NCBI GenBank assembly: GCA_965198175.1
Contig: OZ240245.1
Coordinates: 544,001-608,000 of the forward strand
DNA length: 64,000 bases
Source: Candidatus Poribacteria bacterium
Lineage (GTDB): Bacteria > Poribacteria > WGA-4E > PCPOR2b
Reading direction: 5' to 3'
The position numbers were made by a program, and so were the translations under genes. The notes under the pieces were generated by a model. The model was not told where the DNA came from and did no database searches. It saw only the letters and a list, made by a program, of their open reading frames with translations. Each line of letters starts with the position of its first letter. The first letter of the stretch is position 1. Below, in pieces: positions 1 through 10,608 of this stretch.

Positions 1-1595
1 ACTGTTTCGGTTGTAATAGCGGTGGCAATGTGATTAGCTTCCTTCAGAAACATGAAGGTATGTCTTTCATCGAAGCCGTTGAGTGGTTGGCGGAACGTGT
101 TGGAATTTCATTGCCGAGTCAGGACGGAAAATCACGGCAGATAAATCGTAAACGTCTTGAACTTCAGGATCTCAACCGTTTTGCAATGGCGCATTTCCAT
201 CGACAACTCTTAACGCCTCAAATCGGTGCACATGCGTTGGCATATCTCAAAAGACGCGGTGTTAAAGATCAAACAATTCGCCAATTCCAACTCGGGTATG
301 CCACCCGTGGACGCCGGGATCTCGTCAGAACTGCAACAAAAGCCGATTTTTCACTACAACAACTCATTGATGCCGGGCTCGTCAAGAACGATGAACAGGG
401 GCCCATGGATCGCTTTCGAGAACGCATCATTTTTCCAATACTTGATGAACGTGGGGCACCTGTCGGATTCGGTGGACGCGCGTTATCTGAAGAAACGCTT
501 CCCAAATATCTGAATTCGCCTACGACAAGTCTTTATGATAAAAGCAAAACGCTCTATAATTTGTACAACGCTCGCCAATCAATTCAGAAAGAAGGGAAAG
601 CTATTCTCGTCGAAGGCTATTTTGATGCAATCATGCCCTATCAGGCAGGTGTGAAACATGTAGTTGCCTCATTAGGAACAGCATTTAGCGAATCACACGC
701 TAGTTTATTGAATCGATTTGCTGAGGAGACGATTATCGTTTATGATGGCGATCGTGCCGGTTTCCAGGCGACGCTGCGAGGGTTACACATCCTTCTGAAG
801 GAAGGACTGCGTGTTCGTATTGCACTTCTTCCGCCTGGTGAGGATCCAGATCAATTTATTCAAACGCAAGGGATAGATGCGTTCAATCAACTCAGCAACA
901 CCGCAATGAATCTCATTGAATTTCAGATTCAACGCGCCTCTCAACAGGATGCAATCCGTCGGGTTGATGTGAAAACTCAGACAGTAAAAGAGATTGCTCT
1001 AACTTTATCTCATATTGCAAGCCGGGTTGAGCTCAATGAATATATTACATATGCCGCGCAAGAACTCGATATTGAACGTGCCGTGTTATCGAAGGAGCTA
1101 CAGCGTCTCGGTGTAAAAACAAACCGTTCACCCCAATTGCGTTCCCCATCCGATTATGCCAGAAAGGCAAGCCTCAAACCACGCGAGTCAATCGAATGGC
1201 AATTGATTGAATCCCTTATACAGAGCCCAAATCTTATTCCCCGCGTTAAAGAACAATTCCGCTATCAGGATTTTACACACCCCGATTTTGCAATTATTGC
1301 TCAAATGCTTTGGGAAGGGTGCAAATCCGAAGACCTACTTGACGTACAAGACCTCATTGACACCTGTACGAATGATAGAATAAAAGGTTTTATCTCCAAT
1401 GCCCTTCTGCAAAGAACGATCTCACCGAATCTGAAAGTGCGAGTTGAGGGGTGTTTGAAGAAACTCAAAGGATTTTTATTGTGGGATATCGAACGTGGAA
1501 GACGTTCCACTGCCCTCACGCAGGGGGATGATAACATTGAGACTCTTGCAGAACTTGTTGAACTTTCGAAGCGAAGGCGACATTTCGTCCATTAA
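1..1595 (+). CDS. dnaG: DNA primase (5' truncated by window edge)
   Basis: Frame is open from position 3 (CFGC of the CHC2 zinc finger). Motifs DRFRERIIFPI, GFGGR, PKYLNSP, TOPRIM 'VEGYFD' and 'YDGDRAG'. Directly upstream of rpoD. Confidence 0.97.
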   Translation, partial: CFGCNSGGNVISFLQKHEGMSFIEAVEWLAERVGISLPSQDGKSRQINRKRLELQDLNRFAMAHFHRQLLTPQIGAHALAYLKRRGVKDQTIRQFQLGYATRGRRDLVRTATKADFSLQQLIDAGLVKNDEQGPMDRFRERIIFPILDERGAPVGFGGRALSEETLPKYLNSPTTSLYDKSKTLYNLYNARQSIQKEGKAILVEGYFDAIMPYQAGVKHVVASLGTAFSESHASLLNRFAEETIIVYDGDRAGFQATLRGLHILLKEGLRVRIALLPPGEDPDQFIQTQGIDAFNQLSNTAMNLIEFQIQRASQQDAIRRVDVKTQTVKEIALTLSHIASRVELNEYITYAAQELDIERAVLSKELQRLGVKTNRSPQLRSPSDYARKASLKPRESIEWQLIESLIQSPNLIPRVKEQFRYQDFTHPDFAIIAQMLWEGCKSEDLLDVQDLIDTCTNDRIKGFISNALLQRTISPNLKVRVEGCLKKLKGFLLWDIERGRRSTALTQGDDNIETLAELVELSKRRRHFVH

Positions 1596-1668
1596 TCCCT
1601 CTTTTTTGTTAGATGGTGATAATCTCGAAGATTGACACCCTCTAAACCTTAAGGAGAAATTATTAAGA

Positions 1669-3444
1669 ATGGTTTCGACGACTAAAATGAACAACGGCTT
1701 GACCGATCCAGACAGAGAGCAAGGTTACTTGGAATATAGTGAACAACCGGATGCCTCACCAGAGGATTTCGAGGATTTGTTATGTTTGGACGTGGAAGAA
1801 CTCAATCCTTCCAACGACACGGCCGTTCTTGATGAGGGAGATTTGATAACAATGGATTTAAGAGATATTGATTGCAGTGGTGTTTACTCTGACAGTGAGG
1901 AAAATGTCGATGGTGGAAACTACGACGATGAGTTGTTAATCAATCTGAACCCGGATAAATTTGACAAGGTTGATGACCCGGTCCGCGTGTACCTAAGGGA
2001 GATGGGACGTATCCCTTTGCTGTCTAAGCAGCAAGAAGTCATTTTATCAAAACGGATTGAGGAAGCGCATAGAATTGTCCAAGAAGCAATATTTGAAACC
2101 CCATTGGCGATTGCGCAGGTGGGAGAGCTTCTCAACCAAGTTTTGACAGGAAGCAAGAAGCCTTCCGATGTGATTGAAATGCCAGTTTCAAGCGCTTCCG
2201 TTAGCGATAAAGAGGAGAAATATCTCAAAACAGCAAGAGAGCTTATAGCCTATTTGAAAGATGTTGAATTGGAAATGCGTAGCCGAGAACACGGGCAAGC
2301 ATATGAGAACCTTCCTCCTGATGAGGAGGAAACCATTCGGCAAAAACCTGAATCGAATCTCGAAGAGTTGATTAACAACTTGAAACAAGTGAAGATAAAT
2401 CAGGAAGAAATCAGCAAAATTTCAGGTAAGATTAAAGAAGTTGCCAATACTATAGCCGATTTGGAAAAAAAGATTGAGCAAATTGAGAAGATGTGCAATA
2501 TGCCCGCCAATCAACTCTGTCAGTTAGTTCGGGATGACGCGCTTGCCAAAATAGGAAGCCCTGATTCGAAGCCGATTACGGAGTCGCTTAAACATCATAA
2601 TGGAGAAATTGTTAGGGCACAGCGCATGATTGAACAATTAGAATATGAAATTGGCCTTCCACGGGCGGAACTAAACCAAGTGGTTCAGCGAGTTTATCAG
2701 GGAGAGATGGGCGCTCAAGAGGCAAAGATGATGATTGTCGAATCGAACCTGCGACTCGTTGTGAGCATTGCGAAAAAATATAGGAACCGTACGCCGGGGT
2801 TGGCATTTCTGGACCTCATTCAAGAAGGAAATATCGGTTTGATGAAAGCGGTAGATAAATTTGATTATCAGCGTGGTTACAAATTTAGCACCTATGCAAC
2901 ATGGTGGATTCGTCAAGGCATCACTCGCGCTATTGCCGATCAAGCCCGTACTATCCGTATTCCTGTCCACATGATTGAGACAATAAATAAACTTATCCGC
3001 ACCTCGCGTTACCTTGTGCAAGAAAAGGGGCGTGAGCCTACTCCGCAGGAGATTGCAGACGAAATGGACCTGCCCCTTGAAAAAGTGAGACAAGTATTTC
3101 GCATTGCCCAGGAACCCGTCTCCCTAGAAATGCCGGTGGGAGAAGAGGAAGATAGCCAGCTCGGCGATTTCATTGAAGATAAGGATTCAAAATCACCAGT
3201 GAACGAAGCGGCATTCACGATGCTAAAAGAACGGGTTGAAGATGTGCTGACGACATTGACAGAGCGTGAGGCAAAGGTGATTCGCTTGCGGTTTGGAATT
3301 GGAGATGGGTACCCCCGGACGCTAGAGGAGGTAGGCGCAGAATTTCAAGTGACACGCGAACGTGTCCGTCAAATTGAGGCAAAAGCTTTGCGAAAACTGC
3401 GTCATCCAATCCGTAGCCAGCAACTACGGGGATTTCTGGATTAG
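1669..3444 (+). CDS. rpoD: RNA polymerase primary sigma factor
   Basis: Region 1.2 [11 protein letters not shown], region 2 [41 protein letters not shown], region 4 [27 protein letters not shown]. Confidence 0.98.
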   Translation: MVSTTKMNNGLTDPDREQGYLEYSEQPDASPEDFEDLLCLDVEELNPSNDTAVLDEGDLITMDLRDIDCSGVYSDSEENVDGGNYDDELLINLNPDKFDKVDDPVRVYLREMGRIPLLSKQQEVILSKRIEEAHRIVQEAIFETPLAIAQVGELLNQVLTGSKKPSDVIEMPVSSASVSDKEEKYLKTARELIAYLKDVELEMRSREHGQAYENLPPDEEETIRQKPESNLEELINNLKQVKINQEEISKISGKIKEVANTIADLEKKIEQIEKMCNMPANQLCQLVRDDALAKIGSPDSKPITESLKHHNGEIVRAQRMIEQLEYEIGLPRAELNQVVQRVYQGEMGAQEAKMMIVESNLRLVVSIAKKYRNRTPGLAFLDLIQEGNIGLMKAVDKFDYQRGYKFSTYATWWIRQGITRAIADQARTIRIPVHMIETINKLIRTSRYLVQEKGREPTPQEIADEMDLPLEKVRQVFRIAQEPVSLEMPVGEEEDSQLGDFIEDKDSKSPVNEAAFTMLKERVEDVLTTLTEREAKVIRLRFGIGDGYPRTLEEVGAEFQVTRERVRQIEAKALRKLRHPIRSQQLRGFLD

Positions 3445-3502
3445 CTATCCCAGATGAAACTTCTCGCGTGAATGACGCCTATCTCCCGATTGAGATTTAC
3501 TA

Positions 3503-3531
3503 TTGACAAATCTACTTCAAACTTTTACAAT
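3503..3531 (+). promoter_or_regulatory. sigma70 promoter of the tRNA pair
   Basis: TTGACA-17 bp-TACAAT, 18 bp upstream of the first tRNA. Confidence 0.75.
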
Positions 3532-3549
3532 AAAGCCACAATTTCAGAT

Positions 3550-3625
3550 GGGCCTATAGCTCAGTGGTTAGAGCAGCCGGCTCATAACCGGCAGGTCCTA
3601 GGTTCAAATCCTAGTGGGCCCACCA
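3550..3625 (+). tRNA. tRNA with CAT anticodon, most likely tRNA-Ile2 (lysidine type)
   Basis: Cloverleaf: GGGCCTA/TGGGCCC acceptor, GCCGG-CTCATAA-CCGGC anticodon arm, GGTTCAAATCC T-arm, encoded CCA. Lacks initiator features; position after rpoD is typical of Ile2. Confidence 0.9.
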
Positions 3626-3660
3626 CTTTTCCATTTGTTTGTCTTTCTCGCCTTCCTTAT

Positions 3661-3736
3661 GGGGCGTTAGCTCAGGGGTACGAGCGCTACCTTCACACGG
3701 TAGAAGTCACTGGTTCAAATCCAGTACGCCCCACCA
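3661..3736 (+). tRNA. tRNA-Val(CAC)
   Basis: GGGGCGT/ACGCCCC acceptor, CTACC-TTCACAC-GGTAG anticodon arm, GGTTCAAATCC, encoded CCA. Confidence 0.93.
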
Positions 3737-3922
3737 CCCACCTAACAATTTTCCCGCCTGTGAGTTTGAAATTCCGCCAAGCTATTTGCACCTCCTCTGT
3801 CATGAAAAATGTCACACTGATACCCAATGTTTCCGACTTTACCCGGCGTGTGAGCAGAACGCCAACGACCTTTCGACAGAAATGTATCCTCAACGTACAC
3901 GGGAATATGCCGGTCTTTAATA

Positions 3923-5017
3923 TCAGCTTTCCACTTCCCATTCGTTAAGACCCAGCGGAAGAGGCGCGGGGCGCTCCACCGTACTCTGTATCTCGACATA
4001 CTGACCGGAGTGCGAGGATTTATCAAATGCGAGCATCGTTTCCAGAACGTGTTGCGCTAACGTACCGCTGGCACGGTGCTCTCGCCCCGATCCAATTGCA
4101 CGAACCATATCAATAACGCCAATCATGCGGCCATTCTGTGGAAATGCGAGCGGAACATCGTACCAATCACCACCGGAATCAGAATTGCGCACTGGCCCCC
4201 CGAAATTATTTGGGTCGGGGACCTGCATCGAACCTGTTGTGCCGTAAAGTTCAATGCATGGTAGGCTGTGATTCCACATATCAAAACTCATAATCATTGT
4301 GACGATGGCACCACATACAAACTCCATTACACCCGTTAGGTGCGTGGTTGTCTGTACAGGAATGTGTAGACCGCGTACTGGTTCACTAGTTGCTATTCTT
4401 TCGTCAAAGGCTTTTGTTGTGATGCCCGCAACCCGCTTGACAGGACCGAGGAGGTTTACAAGCGCTGTAATGTAATAAGGGCCCATGTCCATCATGGGCC
4501 CTCCGCCGAGATCGTAGTGAAATGCAGGATTCGGATGCCAGCTTTCATGTCCATGGTTGCACATGAATGCCGTTCCGGCAATCGTTCTGCCAATACTATT
4601 TTCATCTATCATCTTTCGCGCTGTTTGAATCCCCGCCCCCAAAAATGTATCCGGTGCACAACCGACGCGGAGTCCTTGTTTGGTTGCCGTATGAAGAAGC
4701 TTTTCGCCGCTTTCAATATCGACAGCGAATGGTTTTTCGCTATAGACATGCTTTCCTGCCTCTATCGCCTCGGACCCTACAGCCGCGTGGGCTCTCGGAA
4801 CAGTCAGATTGACGACAAGTTCAATCTCCGCATCCGCTAGCAATTTGTCTACACTGACAGCTTGGCAACCGTATTTGTCCGCTTGCCTATGGGCAGCTTC
4901 CATATTGATATCTGCACAAGATTTGATTTCCAGAACATCCGTGTTTTGGGCGGCACCGAAATAGGTACTGCTAATCATACCACAGCCGATAATTCCGATT
5001 TTCATTTTGCCGTGCAT
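3923..5017 (-). CDS. Gfo/Idh/MocA family oxidoreductase
   Basis: IGIIGCGMIS Rossmann motif, GKHVYSEKP, GGGPMMDMGPYY; AAGGGG RBS. Confidence 0.92.
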   Translation of the reverse strand: MHGKMKIGIIGCGMISSTYFGAAQNTDVLEIKSCADINMEAAHRQADKYGCQAVSVDKLLADAEIELVVNLTVPRAHAAVGSEAIEAGKHVYSEKPFAVDIESGEKLLHTATKQGLRVGCAPDTFLGAGIQTARKMIDENSIGRTIAGTAFMCNHGHESWHPNPAFHYDLGGGPMMDMGPYYITALVNLLGPVKRVAGITTKAFDERIATSEPVRGLHIPVQTTTHLTGVMEFVCGAIVTMIMSFDMWNHSLPCIELYGTTGSMQVPDPNNFGGPVRNSDSGGDWYDVPLAFPQNGRMIGVIDMVRAIGSGREHRASGTLAQHVLETMLAFDKSSHSGQYVEIQSTVERPAPLPLGLNEWEVES

Positions 5018-5075
5018 TTTATTTCCCCTTTGGTAACCTTTGGCAGTTCTTGGAACACTCTAATCAAGATTGTCA

Positions 5076-5104
5076 TTGCCAAAGGTAAGTTTGGTGTGTA
5101 TAAT
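5076..5104 (+). promoter_or_regulatory. sigma70 promoter (extended -10)
   Basis: TTGCCA-17 bp-TATAAT with TG upstream of the -10. Confidence 0.6.
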
Positions 5105-5347
5105 ATGTGGCGAAACTTGAGGAAGTTCGAGCGCGCAACTGTTGCGATGACAGCCTCCACAGATGCGAAGTTGTATGTCGCCTCTTCAGCCGGCCGCGAA
5201 AAGTCATACGAGTTGAGTTTCCTACATGGGGAAACTTCCACCATTTTGTGCGGCCCTGATTTTTCTATGTGTATTGATGACGTTGTTTTCAAAAACAACT
5301 TGTCTACAAACATCCAAAACCCAACACGTTTTAAGGGGGTCACTTTC

Positions 5348-6100
5348 ATGCGATCTATGACCGTTACCTTTCTTACTGGCTTTATCATCATGAACTTTAT
5401 TGCTGTACAGATAAATGCGGAAACCTTTCACTTTGAAGCTGAAGATTTCATCGACTCGGATGGAAAGGAGTGGGAGATTTTGAAACCGCCGTTCAGTGCC
5501 CCGGTACAAGTTCATGAACACATGGCAAAGGAGATTCGCGGTAAAGGCAAATATACCATCGCTGAAGCGTCCAACGGCGGCTTTATCGGTATTCCCAACG
5601 GTCCGGGTGACAGGCTCAACGTCCTGGGGGGTGCATGGATTAAGTATGCGTTCAATGTCCCGGCAGAAGGCAGTTATTACATATGGTCAAGAACTATCGC
5701 GCCGACAGTCGGCGATAACTCAATCTATTGGGGACTGGATATTGATGATGACAAGGTGGTGTCCGAAGACAATAAGGACATGAATATTTGGGATTTTTAT
5801 GAAGCTGCGCAATTCCGGCAGGAACTGTCCTCTGACTGGGTATGGTTCCAAATCAATAGCCGTTCGGGTCCGTTCAATGGGCCTGAAGCTACGCAGAACG
5901 GGCAAAATCCAAAACCTATGAGATTGTCTGCTGGAGATCATACGCTGCACATTGTTCACCGCGAGGACGGGATATATTTCGATGTGATTTTTGCCACCAC
6001 AAATAAGGCGCAAGACCCGAGTAAGGTACTTCCATCGTTAGCTGTATCGCCGCAAGGGAAATTGGCGATAACGTGGGGTAATATCAGGCGCAAGTATTAA
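5348..6100 (+). CDS. Secreted protein, putative carbohydrate-binding-like beta-sandwich domain, with C-terminal VSPQGKLAITWG motif
   Basis: Start reassigned to ATG 5348 (GGGGG RBS, hydrophobic signal peptide). Domain begins 'FEAEDF'; paralogous to genes at 12.8-16.8 kb. Confidence 0.75.
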   Translation: MRSMTVTFLTGFIIMNFIAVQINAETFHFEAEDFIDSDGKEWEILKPPFSAPVQVHEHMAKEIRGKGKYTIAEASNGGFIGIPNGPGDRLNVLGGAWIKYAFNVPAEGSYYIWSRTIAPTVGDNSIYWGLDIDDDKVVSEDNKDMNIWDFYEAAQFRQELSSDWVWFQINSRSGPFNGPEATQNGQNPKPMRLSAGDHTLHIVHREDGIYFDVIFATTNKAQDPSKVLPSLAVSPQGKLAITWGNIRRKY

Positions 6101-6245
6101 GCTTGAGCTTGAAGAATTTGCGTGAGAGCTAACAACAGCATTACTTACTAGGAGTTTAAAACTCAGTGGCAATCCCTGCTATTCGGCGTTTTTTCGATTG
6201 TTTCCCATTAGTCTTTGAGAATTTGTGAGGCGCATCGCCATCTAC

Positions 6246-7130
6246 TCACTTGGGTGGTAAAAATTGGCGCAGATGACGACAACCATAGGCGATACCCTCC
6301 AGACCGGGCATTTCCCTGTCCTCATTCTCCACACAGAGCACATAATCGTAGCCTGATTTCAGCAGTGAGTTAATCAACGTGTCCCAATTCAACTGGCCCC
6401 GGCCTGGCACCCGGTACTGCCACCACCAGTTGCCAATGATGCCCTGGCGATATAGCATGTGCGGGTTTAACTCGCAATCCTTGACGTCCGCATAATACCA
6501 CTTGCCAGCGTAGTCTCGGATTACGTCTTCGACCGGCATAATCATCATCCACAACCAGTGCGACGGATCGCAGGACAACCCAAGGTAATCAGAGGGCACT
6601 GCGTTCAGAATTTTGTCCCACATCTCAGGGTTGCAGCCGATATTTCCCATGCGCACAGCTACATCCAAAGCAATCTTGATATCTCTGTCCTCGGCTACTT
6701 TGACCACCGGCGTGAACATCTCTGCAAAGCGTTCAACTAATTCCTCTGAGCGGTCGCTCGGGTTGCCCGGAGGCGATGAGTACATGCCGTAGAATTGGCC
6801 GTTCTTCACCGGTGCGCCGCTTCCAGTAATTACCACTGGGCATCCCAACACGCTGGCTGATTCGATTGCCTTTTTCAAACGGGTTTGTTCGGTCCGTCGC
6901 ACGTTTTCATCATCGTCCAGCAGATTGCAGTGTGAGCTGATACATGCAAGGTAGAGACCGTAATGGTCGAGTGTCTCTAATACTTCGTCTGGTCCCTCGG
7001 TGATAATACGGTCAGACTCCAGTACGCCACTGTCGGTTAGACGTACACAATCGAAGTCGTTCGCCTTTGCCCACGCGGCGCATTCTTCTAGACTCCAGCC
7101 TTCACCATCGGCCTGAAAACTTATATCCAT
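6246..7130 (-). CDS. Sugar phosphate isomerase/epimerase (xylose isomerase-like TIM barrel)
   Basis: LGLSCDPSHW, DVKD, PGRGQLNW, GYDYVLCVENED pattern of the AP-endonuclease-2 family. Confidence 0.85.
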   Translation of the reverse strand: MDISFQADGEGWSLEECAAWAKANDFDCVRLTDSGVLESDRIITEGPDEVLETLDHYGLYLACISSHCNLLDDDENVRRTEQTRLKKAIESASVLGCPVVITGSGAPVKNGQFYGMYSSPPGNPSDRSEELVERFAEMFTPVVKVAEDRDIKIALDVAVRMGNIGCNPEMWDKILNAVPSDYLGLSCDPSHWLWMMIMPVEDVIRDYAGKWYYADVKDCELNPHMLYRQGIIGNWWWQYRVPGRGQLNWDTLINSLLKSGYDYVLCVENEDREMPGLEGIAYGCRHLRQFLPPK

Positions 7131-7452
7131 TTTTCAGTCTCCGCAGTCGTAGAAATGGGTGCTCTGGAAGTCGAGAGCTCCGACGCTCGACTGGATGCAG
7201 TCGTTATGAAGTTCACGGTGACTCTTCAAAGAGGTTCTAATAACCAATAGTGCTAGTTTGAAATTTGGAGGTCAATGGGCACTTAATTTTTTGCGATAAG
7301 GACATCGTTAATCAGAATCTTTGTCAATCCAAGGCAGAACGATATGCCCACTCTAGTGGCAGAGCGAGCAAGAATGTAGAGTATCTGGAGATGCCAATAG
7401 CCGTAGAACATCTTACATGTTGCGGTTCTCGCTTGCGGATTGAAACCCTATC

Positions 7453-10400
7453 CTATGCGAAAATATTTTCAATACTCAAGGGGTGAGCCATTTTCTGATT
7501 TTCGGCTTCTAATTTCTCACGACTCGCGACGACGCAAACCGAGGCTTTATCCCGATTTCCCTCAAGAACATCAAGCAGGGCGCGTTTAACCTCCTTGGGG
7601 GTTGCGCGTCGAAGTTGGGCATATTTTTCTTCAATCACTTCCCGTGTTTGCCCAGAGAGATAATGGGTGAGCGTATCGCTAGAGGCCTGGCTAGGTCGAA
7701 TTGTCTTTAGAAAATTTCCTGCTCTCGAAATAATCGATCGGTCAATGTCAGTCTGCGTCCACTCTACCTGTTTGACATAGTTAGCTGTCTGAGCGAAAAC
7801 GTCCAGCGTACGAGCAACGTGCGGATCGAAATGCGAGTCTTGGTAGAGAGCAGCATCAAATGGATCGTATGTGACACCTGCACCGTAAGCATTGCCTTTG
7901 AGCCGGATTTCGGGCAATATGTAATCAAACAATAAAATGTGCGAACCGATAGCTAGGAGTATCGAATCCGGGTGCGAATAGTGCGGCGCCGGCATCACCT
8001 GCGTGCAGTACCCTACTTGAACGGCTACCGCTAACGCTTCACGCGTAAATGTGCTAAACGGTTTAAATCCTGTGGGTACTGGCGTTATCGCCTCGTCACG
8101 CAAATTGCCGATCCACTCGCCGAGTTTTCTTTGAAACGTCCCGAAAGCCTCATCAGAACCAGTGAAACTGGCAGTGATGCGACTCCGTACTAGCAGGTTG
8201 TCTCGAATTTGTTCAATGCAATCGCTCAGTCCTTCATGAGATTCATCAAAACGGTTGAGTAACATTTCGATCGTGCGTAGCTGCGAGAGTCCAAAGACAA
8301 TTTCTGATAGATAAGCCTGCGGCGAAAACCCGCGTGCAGCATGACGATGCGCGATATTTGGGCTGCGATAGCCGTGTATATAGGTCCGATATTGCGCCAC
8401 TGCTTGATTGAGCACGTCGTAAATACGCCGTTTATCGCTCGGGTTCACTGCGAAAACCAAATCGTTCAGAACACCCAGGGCATCCTCCATTTTATCGTCA
8501 AGTGCTTTCATTCGAAACTGCACGCTCCACACTGGTCGGTTTGGATCAAGCACGTGTGTGCCAAAATTGGAAAAGCATTCAACACCTCCAGTAACTGCTG
8601 CGGTGCGGTGCGCTATCTGCACGTAATCCATTTTGCCAGCACCGAGTTTGGTAACGGCATCGGTGAATCTTGGCAGGTACTGCCATAGATGTTGCGGCAA
8701 CCCTTGCAAATCAAAACTTAGCTCAATGTAGTTCACGCCGTTTGAAAAGACATCGCTTCGAATCAAGGGACGTCCGCCAACGAATTCAACAGTGGTAGGA
8801 ATATGCAACGGCTTTTCGGGAAGGTCAGAGACGTGCAGTTGCGGCAACTTCGCTAAATCCTCCGGAGAGTTGGACCGTCCATTGAGGCGTTCTAACTCGC
8901 CGGCATCGGCAGCAATCTGTCGCATTTGTTCATCGTTGAGTTGCGCGCGAATCGCTTTCAGGCGTTCATTCTCCTCCGCATCAAGACGAGCCTGCATACC
9001 CGGATCAGGAGAGAGGACAGTTATCAACCGATGTGGGTTGTCAAGGAGTCTCTCACGAATCAGATCGTTGAAGATGCGCGGATTTTGCTCCCGGCGTTGG
9101 CGGATAGCAAATAGGCACGTTCCCATCTTTATAAAGAGGGTCGGCTCCTTTTCATATATCCAAGTGTTTATGACACGCTTCATCATCTGAAACGGAAACC
9201 TCGGAGTAACCTCCTGATAGTCATAAGTGATTTGTTGGAACGCAGCCTCCACCATTTCCGTGTCAAAATCTGCGTCTGCAATTTCTGTTAATGTATTGAC
9301 AACCAATTCCGTGAATACCCCAATTCGATCCGCTTCGCTCCCTATCAAACCGATGTGAAAGGTCCTATTCGGTCCTGTTAGTCCGTCAAGGAAACCGTCG
9401 TCGAATAGGTCAGTTCCTAGTTTTGAATCAATAATCGCCTTTCGGAGTGGCGATCCCTGGTTGCCAAGCAGAATCAGACTTAAGATGCGGCATAAGACGG
9501 CATCCTCCGGATCCGTAGAATCGCCAATAAGCCAACTGAGCATCACGTGTGTCTTTTCGGTGAGTGGTTCATCTGCGCCAATCGGATAGGTGTCTCTCAC
9601 CGTCCGTGGGGAAATCCACTTCGGCTGGCGTGTAATTTCCGAACGAAGCGGGTGTAGACTCCCGTTTTTTTCAGTATTTGGAATTTCACCCAGTTTGTCA
9701 GCGAGAAATTCGAGATAATCGCTTGTTCGAATGCTGCCGTAGAAGAAGAAGAAACTGTTGCTCGGATGATAGTAGGTTTGGTGATAGGTTTTTAATTGTT
9801 CGTAGGTAAGATCTGGCAAAACCAGTGAATCCCCAGCACCATTGTGGGCATAGCACGTGTCCGGCAAAAGTCCACGGGTCACGGCGGAATGAAAGCATTC
9901 TCTTGGATCGGACGAGCCGATTTTCACTTCATTATAGACGATTCCGTTAATTCTTAACTCTCCTGAGGGTTCTCCTGGGTCCACGGGCTCAAGATGGTGG
10001 CCTTCGCGTTTGAAAGTTTCTACTGTCAGCTGAGGGTGAAAAACTGAATCAAAGAAGACCTCAGCGAGATTGAATAGATCTTTTTTGACATTGCTTGAAG
10101 TATAGTAAAAGGCGTGATCGACGTAGTTCATGGCATTCGTGCTGTCAAAGCTTGCTAAACTCATCTTCATCATTTCAAACCACACCTCTTTTACCGGATA
10201 ATTGCGCGATCCCATCATCACCGAGTGCTCAAGGACATGTTGCACGCCAGTATCATCAGGTGTTGGGGTCATCGGACTAATCGAAAACCAGTTTCTGGTG
10301 TCGTCTGTATAGAGATGCAGAAGCCGTGCGCCGCTCTTTTGATGTGCGATTTCTATCGCCACCGCTCGCAATTCGTCAATTGGTGTGACGGCTTTTACCT

Positions 10401-10518
10401 CAAAGCCGTGAAGATGTTGGCCTGGATACAGGTTTACGGGTGGATATTGAGAATCAGTTCTGTCGTGTGGAAATGGATTGTGCGTGCAACTTTGTTTTGA
10501 ATGCATCGTGACCTCCAA
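7453..10518 (-). CDS. Insulinase family M16C metallopeptidase (PreP/Cym1-like)
   Basis: Inverted zincin HVLEH, GSRNYPVKE, GIVYNE, IRLKGNAYGA; about 1020 aa. Confidence 0.92.
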   Translation of the reverse strand: MEVTMHSKQSCTHNPFPHDRTDSQYPPVNLYPGQHLHGFEVKAVTPIDELRAVAIEIAHQKSGARLLHLYTDDTRNWFSISPMTPTPDDTGVQHVLEHSVMMGSRNYPVKEVWFEMMKMSLASFDSTNAMNYVDHAFYYTSSNVKKDLFNLAEVFFDSVFHPQLTVETFKREGHHLEPVDPGEPSGELRINGIVYNEVKIGSSDPRECFHSAVTRGLLPDTCYAHNGAGDSLVLPDLTYEQLKTYHQTYYHPSNSFFFFYGSIRTSDYLEFLADKLGEIPNTEKNGSLHPLRSEITRQPKWISPRTVRDTYPIGADEPLTEKTHVMLSWLIGDSTDPEDAVLCRILSLILLGNQGSPLRKAIIDSKLGTDLFDDGFLDGLTGPNRTFHIGLIGSEADRIGVFTELVVNTLTEIADADFDTEMVEAAFQQITYDYQEVTPRFPFQMMKRVINTWIYEKEPTLFIKMGTCLFAIRQRREQNPRIFNDLIRERLLDNPHRLITVLSPDPGMQARLDAEENERLKAIRAQLNDEQMRQIAADAGELERLNGRSNSPEDLAKLPQLHVSDLPEKPLHIPTTVEFVGGRPLIRSDVFSNGVNYIELSFDLQGLPQHLWQYLPRFTDAVTKLGAGKMDYVQIAHRTAAVTGGVECFSNFGTHVLDPNRPVWSVQFRMKALDDKMEDALGVLNDLVFAVNPSDKRRIYDVLNQAVAQYRTYIHGYRSPNIAHRHAARGFSPQAYLSEIVFGLSQLRTIEMLLNRFDESHEGLSDCIEQIRDNLLVRSRITASFTGSDEAFGTFQRKLGEWIGNLRDEAITPVPTGFKPFSTFTREALAVAVQVGYCTQVMPAPHYSHPDSILLAIGSHILLFDYILPEIRLKGNAYGAGVTYDPFDAALYQDSHFDPHVARTLDVFAQTANYVKQVEWTQTDIDRSIISRAGNFLKTIRPSQASSDTLTHYLSGQTREVIEEKYAQLRRATPKEVKRALLDVLEGNRDKASVCVVASREKLEAENQKMAHPLSIENIFA

Positions 10519-10608
10519 ACTAAACTTTTCATGTTTCTAGGACGCGAATGAGACTCGCGGTTTGAAAGAGGAATAGTCTGAACATGTGCGATGGCTGTAG
10601 TAATCGTC

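Noticed and set aside
3700..3736. tRNA-anchored genomic island
   Set aside because: No integrase next to the tRNAs, and I found no repeat of the tRNA 3' end in the window.
3472..3948. 158-aa ORF after rpoD
   Set aside because: Overlaps two tRNA genes and their promoter.
4862..5347. N-terminal extensions given by the ORF track (4862, 14327, 16957, 36047, 48770, 55418, 59062)
   Set aside because: Downstream starts have RBSs, signal peptides and match paralog starts; the extensions run through neighbouring genes or intergenic repeats.
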